Shown one piece after another: positions 39,070 to 48,904 of a stretch of 64,000 nucleotides of DNA. The notes under the pieces were generated by a model. It had not been told where the DNA came from. It worked only from the letters and a program-made list of their open reading frames with translations, and searched no databases. This stretch comes from Candidatus Methylomirabilota bacterium (GTDB lineage: Bacteria > Methylomirabilota > Methylomirabilia > Rokubacteriales > CSP1-6). The stretch covers positions 8,086-72,085 of the forward strand of contig JBKPAK010000112.1 in assembly GCA_046726415.1 (NCBI GenBank), written 5' to 3'. Numbering within the stretch: position 1 is the first letter of the stretch; every line of letters begins with the position of its first letter. Both the position numbers and the translations under genes were made by a program.

Positions 39070-42000
39070 CTGCTCGCCAGGCCGGGCGATATCGCGTTGG
39101 CATCGACATCGGAGGCACCTTCACCGACTTCGTTCTCTTCGACGAGGAGCGCGGCCGGCTCACCATCCACAAGTGCCTCACCACCCCCAAGGATCCGGCG
39201 GCCGGCGCGCTGGAGGGGCTCGAGGAACTCCTGCGGGCCGCCGCCCTGCGGTTCGACGACATCGGCCACCTGGTCCACGGCACCACCCTCGTCACGAATG
39301 CCATCATCGAGCGGAGCGGGGCTCCGATGGGACTCCTCACCACCCGGGGCTTCCGGGATACCCTGGAGATGGGCGTCGAGCAGCGCTACGACATCTACGA
39401 CCTCTTCCTGCGCTTCCCCGAGCCGCTGGCCCCGCGTCAGTGGCGGCGCGAGATCGACGAGCGCATCAGCCGTGATGGCGACGTCATCGTGCCTCTCGAT
39501 GTCGGGCAGGTCTTCCACGAGGTCGCCGACCTCGTGGCCCAGGGCGTGGAAGCCATCGCCGTCTGCTTCCTGCATTCGTACAAGAATCCAGTGCACGAGC
39601 GCGCGACACGCGAGGCGATCCGGCGCGACTTCCCGGCCCTCGCCGTGTCGCTGTCCTCGGAGGTGGTGCCCGAGTTGCGCGAGTACGAGCGCGGGACTAC
39701 AGCCACGGCCAATGCGTACGTGCAGCCCCTTATGGACCGCTACGTGGCGCGCCTGGAGGAAGCTCTGGCCGAACGCGGCTTCCGCGGGCGCTTCCACCTG
39801 ATGCAGTCCTCCGGCGGCATGGCGTCACCGGCCACGGCGCGCGCCTTTCCCATCCGCCTGCTCGAATCGGGCCCGGCCGGGGGCGGCTTGGCCACCGCAT
39901 TTTTCGGGCGGCTGGCCGGCTACGCGGATGTCATCTCTTTCGACATGGGGGGCACCACGGCCAAGGCGTGCCTCATCCAGCAGGGGCGGCCCGACATCGC
40001 GCCCATGATGGAGGCGGCACGGGTGCACCGGTTCAAGCGGGGCAGCGGCCTGCCCATCAAGGCGCCGGTCATCGACATGATCGAGATCGGGGCGGGCGGT
40101 GGCAGCACCGCGCGCGTCGATCCGCTGGGGCTGCTGAAGGTCGGACCTCACAGCGCGGGAGCCGATCCGGGACCCGCCTGCTACGGGCTCGGTGGCAAGG
40201 CGCCGACGGTCACCGATGCCAATCTGATGCTCGGGTACCTGGACGCCGACTTCTTCTTGGGCGGGCGCATGCGGCTCGACACAAGGGCGGCCGAGGCAGC
40301 CATGGCCACGGTGGCGGAACCACTCAACTTGAGCCCGCTCGAGGCCGCGTGGGGCGTCTACACCATCGTCTGCGAGAATATGGCCGCGGCGGCGCGCGTG
40401 CACATCGTGGAGAAGGGACGGGACCCGCGGCGCTACGCCATGGTGGGCTTCGGCGGGGCTGGCCCGGCCCACGCGGCGCGGGTGGCGCGCATCCTGGGGG
40501 TGCGGGAGGTCATCGTTCCGCCGGCCTCGGGCGCCGCCTCCGCGCTGGGCTTCCTCGTGGCGCCCATCGCCTTCGAGCTGGTGAGGTCGCTGCCCGGGGT
40601 CCTCGAGGAGCTGGACCTCGACGCCGCCAATAGTCTTCTGGACGACCTCGAGGCCCGTGGACGGGCGCTGCTCCGCGAGGCCGGTGTGGCGGCGGAGGAC
40701 GTGACGGTCACCCGGCGGGCCGAAATGCGGCTGCTCGGGCAGGTGCACGACATCACCGTCGCGTTGCCGGCCGAGCCGCTCTCCCCCTCGACGCTCGACG
40801 AGGTGAAGGCCGCCTTCGAGGACGAGTATCAGCGTCTCTACACACACGTCTACACGGGCACCGTCATCCAGGCCATCAGCTGGCGAGTGCGGTGCGCGGG
40901 ACCAGCCCCGTCGATCAGCGTCGAAGACCGGGGAGCGACAGTGGCGGGGCGCCCCGCTCTCAAGGGACACCGGCGGGCCTACTTCGGCGATGCTGGTGGC
41001 TGGGCCGACACACCGATCTACGACCGCTACGCGCTCTCACCCGGGCAGGCTCTCGCCGGCCCGGCGATCGTGGAAGAGCGGGAGTCGACCACCCTGGTGC
41101 CACCGGGCGATCGCCTGGAGGTCGACGCTCGGGGGAACCTCCGCATCCACGTCAGCCAGGACAGTTCGCTCGAGCCCTTGGTCCCTCGCGGCCTGCCACT
41201 GGCCGAGGCGGTGGTGCGCCTCACGGCCGATCCCATCGGCCTGGAGATCATGTGGAGCCGGCTCATCAACCTCGTGGAAGAATGCTGGCTCACCGTATGG
41301 CGAACGGCGTTCTCGCTGATCATCGGGGAGGCCCAGGATTTTGCGTGCGAGATCCTGGACGCGTCTGGCAACTCGCTGGCCCACTCGCCGCGCGCCATGC
41401 CCGTCTTCAATCTCACGCTGCCCCGCGCGGTGCGCGCGATGCTCGAGAGGTTCCCGGTGGAAACCCTGCGGCCCGGCGACATCCTCACCACCAACGATCC
41501 GTGGATGTGCGCGGGGCATCTGTTCGACATCGCCATCGTGACCCCGGTGTTCCGCGAGGGGCGCGTGGTGGCCCTGATCGGGACTATCGGCCATGTGGCC
41601 GACATCGGGGGAACCCGGGACAGCCTGAACGCACGGGAGATCTACGAGGAAGGCTTCCAGATCCCGCCCATGAAGCTGTTCCGGGCCGGGGTGCCCAACG
41701 AGGATCTGATGGCGCTCCTGGCCGAGAACGTCCGCAAAAGCGAGCAGGTGCTGGGCGACATCCACGCCATGATCTCCGCCAACGCCTCCGGGGCCCAGCG
41801 CCTCCTCGACTTCATGGAGGAGTACGGGCTGCACGATCTCGAAGCGCTCGCCACCGTCATCCAGGACCGGTCAGAGGCTGCCATGCGGGAGGCCATCCGC
41901 CGGCTGCCCGACGGCGCCTACGAAAGTGAGATCTGGAACGATGGCATGGGAACGCCCGAGCGGTATCGCGTGAGGGTCGTCGTGCGCGGCGACGAGATCG

Positions 42001-42947
42001 ACGTCGACTTCCCCGAGGCGCCGCCGCAGACCGCGCGCGGTGGCTCGAACTGCACGTTCGGCTACGCCGCGGCGCACACCGTGTACCCGCTGAAGTGCAT
42101 GCTGTCGCCGGCCGTGCCCAGCAACGCCGGCTCGTATCGCCCGCTTCGGGTGAGTGCCCCCGAGGGCAGCATCCTCAACTGCACCAAGCCGGCCGCCGTC
42201 AACACGCGCGTCCGCACCGGCTGGTACATCGCGCCGAATCTGTTCCGGGCCCTCAGCCCGGCCGCCCCCGAGGCAGTACAGGCGTTCACTGGCCTGCCGG
42301 CGTCGGTCACGTTCTACGGAGTGGGGCCTGACGGGCGATTCTTCAACGACCATCTCTTCCAAGGTGGAGGGCAGGGTGCGTCTGCACAGGGTGACGGGAA
42401 GTCCGGGCTGCTCTGGCCGACCAGTGCCGGGAACACCTCGATCGAGTTGTTCGAGACGCGAACTCCGGTCCTCGTGCTCGAGAAGAACTTTTTGATCGAT
42501 AGCGGCGGACCGGGTCGTCACCGCGGGGGGCTCGGCCAGGTGGTCCGAGTGCGCAAGCTCCTCGACGATGGCCGCCCCGTGCTAGCCGGCCTTCATCCCG
42601 ACGGTGTCCTCACTCGCACCGGGGGGCTGTTCGGCGGCCAGGCGGGAGGTCCGGTGCGCGGCGTCACCCGCCACGCCGCAGGGGACGTCGAGGATCACGG
42701 CATCGGCGGGCTCCTGAGCCTGGCCGGCCGCGACGAGATCCTCGAGGTGCAACTCGGGGGCGGGGCGGGCTACGGCAATCCGTTCGAACGGCCCCTCGAC
42801 GTGGTGCAGCGGGACCTGGACGGCGGCTATATCAGCCGGGCCGGCGCCGAGCGCGACTACGGCTGCCTCGTCGATGCGCACGGACGTATCGACAGGGAAG
42901 CGACGGCAGCCCCGCGCACCAGGAAGGCGCTCGGCACCCGCGACTGA
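39066..42947 (+). CDS. Hydantoinase/5-oxoprolinase family protein, fused A+B
   Basis: DIGGTFTD, HGTT..TN, ESGPAGG, DMGGTT, IGAGGGS; DPIGLEIMW, NDPW, H.ADIGG, GGG.GYG.P. Confidence 0.93.
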   Translation: MTARQAGRYRVGIDIGGTFTDFVLFDEERGRLTIHKCLTTPKDPAAGALEGLEELLRAAALRFDDIGHLVHGTTLVTNAIIERSGAPMGLLTTRGFRDTLEMGVEQRYDIYDLFLRFPEPLAPRQWRREIDERISRDGDVIVPLDVGQVFHEVADLVAQGVEAIAVCFLHSYKNPVHERATREAIRRDFPALAVSLSSEVVPELREYERGTTATANAYVQPLMDRYVARLEEALAERGFRGRFHLMQSSGGMASPATARAFPIRLLESGPAGGGLATAFFGRLAGYADVISFDMGGTTAKACLIQQGRPDIAPMMEAARVHRFKRGSGLPIKAPVIDMIEIGAGGGSTARVDPLGLLKVGPHSAGADPGPACYGLGGKAPTVTDANLMLGYLDADFFLGGRMRLDTRAAEAAMATVAEPLNLSPLEAAWGVYTIVCENMAAAARVHIVEKGRDPRRYAMVGFGGAGPAHAARVARILGVREVIVPPASGAASALGFLVAPIAFELVRSLPGVLEELDLDAANSLLDDLEARGRALLREAGVAAEDVTVTRRAEMRLLGQVHDITVALPAEPLSPSTLDEVKAAFEDEYQRLYTHVYTGTVIQAISWRVRCAGPAPSISVEDRGATVAGRPALKGHRRAYFGDAGGWADTPIYDRYALSPGQALAGPAIVEERESTTLVPPGDRLEVDARGNLRIHVSQDSSLEPLVPRGLPLAEAVVRLTADPIGLEIMWSRLINLVEECWLTVWRTAFSLIIGEAQDFACEILDASGNSLAHSPRAMPVFNLTLPRAVRAMLERFPVETLRPGDILTTNDPWMCAGHLFDIAIVTPVFREGRVVALIGTIGHVADIGGTRDSLNAREIYEEGFQIPPMKLFRAGVPNEDLMALLAENVRKSEQVLGDIHAMISANASGAQRLLDFMEEYGLHDLEALATVIQDRSEAAMREAIRRLPDGAYESEIWNDGMGTPERYRVRVVVRGDEIDVDFPEAPPQTARGGSNCTFGYAAAHTVYPLKCMLSPAVPSNAGSYRPLRVSAPEGSILNCTKPAAVNTRVRTGWYIAPNLFRALSPAAPEAVQAFTGLPASVTFYGVGPDGRFFNDHLFQGGGQGASAQGDGKSGLLWPTSAGNTSIELFETRTPVLVLEKNFLIDSGGPGRHRGGLGQVVRVRKLLDDGRPVLAGLHPDGVLTRTGGLFGGQAGGPVRGVTRHAAGDVEDHGIGGLLSLAGRDEILEVQLGGGAGYGNPFERPLDVVQRDLDGGYISRAGAERDYGCLVDAHGRIDREATAAPRTRKALGTRD

Positions 42948-42978
42948 GAGTCCGCCCTCGAGGATCGAGCGCCTCCTC

Positions 42979-43491
42979 TCACCCGCCGTACTCCTTGAGA
43001 CGCCGGCAGATCGTGCGGCGTGAGATTCCCAGCGCCTGGGCGGCGGCGTCCTTGTCGTCGTTGAATACCGTGAGCGCCTTCATGATCAGCTCTCGCTCGA
43101 CCTTCTCCAGCTTGGGCACGGACGCCATGTCGGTGACGGCGACGATCGGCCTCCGGCCAAGCGCCGGAAGGTCGCTCACGGTGATATGGTCCTGCGCGCC
43201 CATGGCAAACGCCCTCTCGATGATGTTCTCGAGCTCCCGCACATTGCCCGGGAAGTCGTGTGCCATGAGCGCGGTCAAGGCCTCCGGCCCGATGCCGCGA
43301 GCGTTGCGCCGGAGCTTGGCGTTGAGGCGTCTGACGTCGATGAGCGCCGCATCGAACAGCTCGGTGCGGAGCGCCTCGGCCGCCTCGCTTCCGGTACATG
43401 GACAGCGGACCTCGTAACCCCACTTCACGAGGGCGTCGCGCAGGAGATGGAGTAGTGCTGGCTCGTCATCGACGACCAGAATATTGGCCAT
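42979..43491 (-). pseudogene. Internally deleted NtrC-family sigma54 response regulator (half receiver joined to AAA+ lid and Fis-type HTH)
   Basis: ILVVDDE...LID(52)VR joined directly to FPGNVRELEN and LGISRRT; Walker A, GAFTGA and Walker B all absent; ORF still open. Confidence 0.75.
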
Positions 43492-43610
43492 GAGCTCCCC
43501 TTGAATTGCGGCCGGTGCCAGAGTGGCAGGTCTGGCCGGGCGCCAGGTTGCTCTTTGGGGGTCGGCATGTTAGCGTCAAAACTTGATCCTTCACGGAGGG
43601 AGTCGCCCCA

Positions 43611-43940
43611 ATGGCTGATGTGTCCGCCATCCATCTGACCGAGCAAACGTTTGACGAAACCCTGTCAATCCACGAGGGAACTTTGCTGGTGGACTTCTGG
43701 GCGGAATGGTGCGGCCCATGTCGGGCGATTGCGCCAATCCTCGACGCTCTGGTCAAGGAGTCAGGCGGAGGGGTGGGGCTTGCCAAGGTCAATGTGGATG
43801 AAAACCCCGGATTGGCCGCCCGGTACGGGATTCGCTCAATCCCGACCATCCTGTTCGTGAAGCAGGGGAAGGTCGTCGATCAGGTGATCGGCGCGGTTCC
43901 CAAGACGAGAATCAAAGAGAAGCTGGACGCGCTGGCCTAG
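43611..43940 (+). CDS. trxA: Thioredoxin
   Basis: DFWAEWCGPC, IRSIPT. Confidence 0.97.
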   Translation: MADVSAIHLTEQTFDETLSIHEGTLLVDFWAEWCGPCRAIAPILDALVKESGGGVGLAKVNVDENPGLAARYGIRSIPTILFVKQGKVVDQVIGAVPKTRIKEKLDALA

Positions 43941-44113
43941 TCCCTGCGCGGGGCGAGCCTCCATTAGTCCTGACGACGTAGGATCCCCGCCCTCTCCGAG
44001 ACCTGCGAGGAGCTCTCGTCCCTCGCCGACCCGGGCCACTTCCGCCCGCTCGCGCGATGAGTGTCGGCGGCCCTGACCGCGAGTCGCTCGACGTTCCCAA
44101 GGCTGGCCCCTCC

Positions 44114-45124
44114 ATGACGAAGGGACCGGTGCAGGAACTGGCCCTCATTCGAGCGATCCGGGATCGCACCCCTGAACGAGGCGACATCCGGGTGGGCATC
44201 GGGGACGACTGCGCTGTTCTGCAGCCCGAGCCAGAAACTCCTCTCCTGGTCACCACCGACCTCCTCCTCGAGGAGGTGCACTTTCGCCGGGTCTACGCGA
44301 CGCCCGCAGATATTGGCTGGAAGGCGTTGGCCGTGAATCTATCGGACGTCGCCGCCATGGGGGGTCGGCCCCGTTGGGCCTTGGTGGCCCTCGCCTGTCC
44401 GGCGTCCACGGAGACCGGCGAAGTCGAGGCCTTCTACGAGGCCGCCTGGGCGTTGGCCGGGGAACATGGGGTGGTCATCGTGGGCGGAGACACCTCGGCC
44501 TCCCCGGGTGGCTGGATCGTCAACGTCACGCTGTTGGGTGACAGCAGGCATCCTCCGCTGCTGCGGGCCGGGGCGCGCGTTGGAGATGTCGTGGCGGTGA
44601 CCGGCGCCCTCGGTCGCTCCGCCGCAGGGCTGGCGCTGCTCACCGCGGGGTCGATTCCACCTGGCCTTTCGCCAAGCGACGTCGACGACGTGAGGGGGGC
44701 CCACCTGCGGCCTCTTCCGCGTCTGCGCGAGGGGCAGTGGCTGGCCGCGGCGGGAGGAGTCACCGCGATGATCGATCTCTCGGACGGCTTGGTGACGGAC
44801 ATCGGGCACATCGCGGCGGAGAGCGCAGCCGGGGCGCGCATCGACGTGGACCAGATCCCAGTGAGCGGGGCCACCCGAAGAGTGGCGGCCGCCTGTGGAG
44901 CCGACGCGCTCCGATGGGCCACCAGTGGCGGGGAGGACTACGAGCTTCTGCTCACCTGCGACCCCCACGCCTGGGAGCGGCTTCGGCGTGGCCTCGAAGA
45001 AGTGACGGGCCGCCCCCTGTACCCCATCGGCGAGATCGTGGCGGCGCCGCGCGGCGTGTCCTTCCTCGACTCTGCCGGAACTCCGGTGGGCCTGGCGCGC
45101 GGTTTCGAGCACTTCGTCACGTGA
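44114..45124 (+). CDS. thiL: Thiamine-monophosphate kinase
   Basis: GIGDDCA, NLSDVAAMGG, GGDT, DLSDGL, GGEDYEL; start approximate. Confidence 0.95.
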   Translation: MTKGPVQELALIRAIRDRTPERGDIRVGIGDDCAVLQPEPETPLLVTTDLLLEEVHFRRVYATPADIGWKALAVNLSDVAAMGGRPRWALVALACPASTETGEVEAFYEAAWALAGEHGVVIVGGDTSASPGGWIVNVTLLGDSRHPPLLRAGARVGDVVAVTGALGRSAAGLALLTAGSIPPGLSPSDVDDVRGAHLRPLPRLREGQWLAAAGGVTAMIDLSDGLVTDIGHIAAESAAGARIDVDQIPVSGATRRVAAACGADALRWATSGGEDYELLLTCDPHAWERLRRGLEEVTGRPLYPIGEIVAAPRGVSFLDSAGTPVGLARGFEHFVT

Positions 45125-46386
45125 CCCTCAAGCTCCTGGCGCTGGCCTTTCTCGTGATCTGCTCGGCGCTGCTCACCGGCGCCGAGGCCGCCTATTTTTC
45201 GCTCGGGCGAAATCGCCTCAAGCGGCTGACCCATGGCGCGGGGGGGACCGCGGACAGCCCCTTGATCGAGCGCCCGCACGAGCTGCTGGTGACGCTCTTG
45301 GTGGGCATCACCCTCGTCAACATCGGCGCGGCGGCCATCGCCACCACCGTGGCCGTCGAGCTCTTCGGCGAGCAATTCGGCTTCGCCGTCGAGATGATCG
45401 CGATGATCGTCGTCCTCACCACCTTCGGCGAAGTGCTGCCCATGACCATCGCCGTCAAGCATCCCGAAATGTTCCTGGCCGTGGTACGGCGCCCGGTGGC
45501 ATGGCTGGGCAAACTTCTGACCCCGGTGCGGGTCGCCCTCGGCGCCCTCACCGTCGTCACCCTCCGCCTGATGGGGAGCGCGGATCAGGTTCGTCGGCCC
45601 GAGCTCACCGAGGAGGAATTGCGGGCGCTCGTGGACGTCGGCGCCAGCGAGGGGGTCGTCGAGCGGGGCGAGCGAGAGATGATCCACAAGGTATTCCAGC
45701 TGGAAGACACGCAGGTGCGTTCGGTCATGGTCCCGCGCACCGACATGTTTTGTCTCGATGTCACCACGCCGCGCGAGCAGATCCTTCCCGCCCTGCGCGA
45801 GGAGCTCCATTCGCGAGTGCCGGTTTACGAAGGCTCGATCGACGTGATCGTCGGCGTTCTCTATACCAAGGATCTCCTCCCCTTCGTGGGGGGAGGACTG
45901 CCCCGGGACTTCGACCTGCGCGCGCATCTCCATCCGCCGTACTTCGTGCCGGAGTCCAAGCGCGCGGACCAGCTCCTGCAGGAGTTCCAGGCCAAGCGGC
46001 TGCACCTGGCCATCGTGGTGGACGAGTTCGGCGGCACCGCCGGCCTGGTGGCCCTGGAAGATCTCCTCGAGGAGCTGGTGGGGGAGATTGCCGACGAGTA
46101 CGACGAGCCCGAGCGCCTGGTCCAACGGCTCGACGCCAAGACGTACCGGGTGGCCGGCAAGCTTCCCATCGATGAGTTGCGCGCGCTCACTGGCCTCGCC
46201 GTCAACGACGAGGATTACGAGACCGTGGGTGGATGGGTTCTCGACCTCTTCGGGCGCGTGCCCCACAAGGCCGAGCGCCTGGAAACGGCGGATTTCGTGG
46301 TGACGGTGGAGAAGGTGGAGCGCACGCGGGTGGTCGAGGTGTTGGTTGCACTGCGCAAGCCCGCCCCCGGGGAAGCCGCGGCCTAA
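45121..46386 (+). CDS. CNNM/HlyC/CorC (hemolysin-family) CBS-domain membrane protein
   Basis: DUF21 TM region (FGE..P), VMVPR, HSR.PVY, VVDEFGGTAG, CorC_HlyC C-terminus. Confidence 0.93.
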   Translation: MTLKLLALAFLVICSALLTGAEAAYFSLGRNRLKRLTHGAGGTADSPLIERPHELLVTLLVGITLVNIGAAAIATTVAVELFGEQFGFAVEMIAMIVVLTTFGEVLPMTIAVKHPEMFLAVVRRPVAWLGKLLTPVRVALGALTVVTLRLMGSADQVRRPELTEEELRALVDVGASEGVVERGEREMIHKVFQLEDTQVRSVMVPRTDMFCLDVTTPREQILPALREELHSRVPVYEGSIDVIVGVLYTKDLLPFVGGGLPRDFDLRAHLHPPYFVPESKRADQLLQEFQAKRLHLAIVVDEFGGTAGLVALEDLLEELVGEIADEYDEPERLVQRLDAKTYRVAGKLPIDELRALTGLAVNDEDYETVGGWVLDLFGRVPHKAERLETADFVVTVEKVERTRVVEVLVALRKPAPGEAAA

Positions 46387-47633
46387 TGCTGCTCGGGCTG
46401 GCCCTCCTGTGCCTCCTCGCCACCATGTTCTTCTCGGCGGCCGAGATGGCCTTCATCGCCGCCAATCGCCTGAAGTTGCGCCATCTCGCGGAGGAGGGGA
46501 ACCGGGTGGCCGAGCAGTACCTGGATGCCTTCCGACGGCCGGAGCGCGTCCTGTCCACCGCCATGATGGGGGTGACCGTCTCTCATATCATCGCCTCCTC
46601 GGCGGCCACCCGGAGCGTGCTGCCCACCCTCGGTCCGTACGCCCCCCTCGTCGTCACCGCGGTGCTCACCCCGCTGATGCTCATCTTCGGCGAGATCTTT
46701 CCCAAGACGCTCGCCCGCGAGTGGGCCACTAGCATGATCCTGAAGCTCTACCGCCCGCTGACCTGGGCGTCGGTCCTGCTGGCGCCCTTCGTCATGGTGG
46801 CCAACGCGGTGGTGACCGCCGTGCTGCGCCTGGGCGGGAGCCGTCAGGTGGACGGACGCGCCTTCGTCTCCCGCGAGGAGTTGAAGGCTTTGCTACAGAT
46901 GGAACCCGGCGAAGCCGACGTGACCACTCAGGAAGCGGAGATGATCGACAAGATCTTCGACCTGGGTGACACCACCGTGCGCGAGGTCATGGTGCCACTG
47001 GTGGACCTCGCCATGCTGGCCGACACGGCGGCGCCGGACGAGGCCATCGCCATCATTCAGCGCCGCGGCTTTTCCCGGCTCCCCGTGTACCGCGAGCGGG
47101 AAACCAACATCGTCGGCGTGGTGACCGCCATGGACTTGCTGCAGCGCGGGGCGGAGGTCCGCGCGCTCTCGGAGCTGATGCGCGTGCCCTACTTCGTGCC
47201 GGAGACCAAGCGGATCGATGACCTCCTCCGCGAAATGCAGCGCGGGCGCCTGCACATGGCCATCGTCGTCGACGAGTACGGAGGCAGCACGGGGGCCATC
47301 ACCCTGGAGGACATCCTCGAGCAGATCGTGGGCAAGATCGAGGACGAGCACGATCGGACCCCAGCCTCGGTGGAGCGGCTGCCCGACGGCAGTTACTGGG
47401 TGGCCGCTCGCACGCACATCGATGAGTTGAATGAAACGTTGGACTGGAACCTGCCGAAGCAAGACTACGAGACGATGGCCGGTCTCGTCCTGGCCACCCT
47501 GCACCGCATTCCGCGAACGGGCGAGGAGTTTCAGATCCCCGGGTATGCCATCACGGTGCTGGAAGCAGACAGCCGGCGCGTGGTGGCCGTCAAGATCGCC
47601 CCGCTGCGACCCGTCCCCATCGCCGCCCCCTAG
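46386..47633 (+). CDS. CNNM/HlyC/CorC CBS-domain membrane protein (second paralogue)
   Basis: FFSAAEMA, FGEIFPK, FSRLPVY, VVDEYGG. Confidence 0.93.
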   Translation: MLLGLALLCLLATMFFSAAEMAFIAANRLKLRHLAEEGNRVAEQYLDAFRRPERVLSTAMMGVTVSHIIASSAATRSVLPTLGPYAPLVVTAVLTPLMLIFGEIFPKTLAREWATSMILKLYRPLTWASVLLAPFVMVANAVVTAVLRLGGSRQVDGRAFVSREELKALLQMEPGEADVTTQEAEMIDKIFDLGDTTVREVMVPLVDLAMLADTAAPDEAIAIIQRRGFSRLPVYRERETNIVGVVTAMDLLQRGAEVRALSELMRVPYFVPETKRIDDLLREMQRGRLHMAIVVDEYGGSTGAITLEDILEQIVGKIEDEHDRTPASVERLPDGSYWVAARTHIDELNETLDWNLPKQDYETMAGLVLATLHRIPRTGEEFQIPGYAITVLEADSRRVVAVKIAPLRPVPIAAP

Positions 47634-47697
47634 TGGCGACGGCCGGTATCGCGCGGGTCCCGGGCGTCAACATCGACAGGAGGAGAGGAGACACCCT

Positions 47698-48372
47698 ATG
47701 GCAGGCACAATGGTGAAGTTCCCCACCAATGGCACCACGACCGACGGCTATGTGGCCACTCCCCCGAGCGGCAAGGGGCCAGGCCTCCTCGTCATCCAGG
47801 AGTGGTGGGGACTCGTGCAGCACATCAAGAACGTCTGCGATCGCTTCGCCGCCGAAGGGTTCACCGCACTGGCGCCGGACATGTACCATGGCCAGACGGC
47901 CACCGAGCCCGACGCGGCCGGGAAGCTCTTCATGGCCCTCAACATCGAGCGAGCGGAGAAAGACTTGCGCGGCGCGGCGGCCTACCTGACATCGCATTCC
48001 TCGACGGCCAAGCTGGGCGCGGTCGGCTTTTGCATGGGCGGGCAACTCGCCCTCTTTGCCGCAACGCTCCAGCCCTCGGTTGGCGCCTGCGTGAACTTTT
48101 ACGGCATCCACCCGAACGTGAAGCCGGACTATTCGAAACTGTCGGGGCCGGTGTTGGGACTCTTCGCCGAGAAGGACGGCTTCGTGACGCCCCAGGTAGC
48201 TCGCGACGTCGACGCGGCCATCAAGAAAGCGGGCAAGCAGTCCGAGATTCACATCTACCCGAACGTGGATCACGCATTCTTCAACGACGAGCGTCCCGAC
48301 ATCTACAACAAACCGGCCGCCGACGATGCCTGGCGCCGCACCCTCGCCTTCTTCCGCCAGCACCTGAAATAG
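47698..48372 (+). CDS. Dienelactone hydrolase family protein
   Basis: QEWWG, GFCMGG nucleophile motif, HAFFN, AW.RT..FF. Confidence 0.93.
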   Translation: MAGTMVKFPTNGTTTDGYVATPPSGKGPGLLVIQEWWGLVQHIKNVCDRFAAEGFTALAPDMYHGQTATEPDAAGKLFMALNIERAEKDLRGAAAYLTSHSSTAKLGAVGFCMGGQLALFAATLQPSVGACVNFYGIHPNVKPDYSKLSGPVLGLFAEKDGFVTPQVARDVDAAIKKAGKQSEIHIYPNVDHAFFNDERPDIYNKPAADDAWRRTLAFFRQHLK

Positions 48373-48400
48373 CCGGAGGCGAACGCCGCGCGTACCGGAC

Positions 48401-48434
48401 AACGTTGGAGGGGGCGTTGTGCCCCTCCAACGTT
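48401..48434. terminator. Long hairpin between convergent genes (probable bidirectional terminator; resembles the first hairpin of repeat family A)
   Basis: AACGTTGGAGGGGGC-gttgt-GCCCCTCCAACGTT. Confidence 0.65.
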
Positions 48435-48904
48435 TACGCCGACCCGGCGGCCGCGCGCTCGCGCCGGCGCCGGCGGCCACCGGCGCCGGCCTCGCCGCGT
48501 TCTTTCTTCCTTTCGCCCCTCCCTGTGCCCTTGGCCTTCGGCACCTCCACGCGGTCCACCAGTTCCAGGATCACGAGGGGGGCGGCATCGCCGCGGCGCG
48601 CGTCCCTTCTGAGGATCCGCGTGTAGCCGCCGTGTCGATCGGCGAATCGGGCCGCCACGCTGTCGAAGAGCCGCTTGACCACCTCGGCGTCGGGCACCAT
48701 GTCGAGGACTTGGCGGCGGGCATGGAGATCCTCGCGCTTGGCCAAGGTGATCATGCGCTCGGCCAGTCCCCGCATGGCCTTGGCCTTGGCCTCCGTGGTC
48801 ACGATTCGCTCATGGCGAAAGAGGGCCACCAGGAGATTCCGGAACATAGCCCAGCGATGCTGGGTGAGCCGCCCGAGTTTGAATCCCGCCTTCCGGTGCC
48901 TCAT
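48434..48904 (-). CDS. rplQ: 50S ribosomal protein L17
   Basis: MRHRK...KLGR, I.TT.AKAK, GGYTRI. Confidence 0.97.
   Translation of the reverse strand: MRHRKAGFKLGRLTQHRWAMFRNLLVALFRHERIVTTEAKAKAMRGLAERMITLAKREDLHARRQVLDMVPDAEVVKRLFDSVAARFADRHGGYTRILRRDARRGDAAPLVILELVDRVEVPKAKGTGRGERKKERGEAGAGGRRRRRERAAAGSA

Noticed and set aside
43504-43521. Sigma54-like TGGCAC upstream of the truncated activator
   Set aside because: GG-to-GC spacing is 8 nt, not the required 10.
43941-44113. TPP riboswitch or other RNA upstream of thiL
   Set aside because: No CTGAGA / ACCTGA...TAAT...GCGTAGG core could be aligned convincingly; no clear match to the repeat families either.
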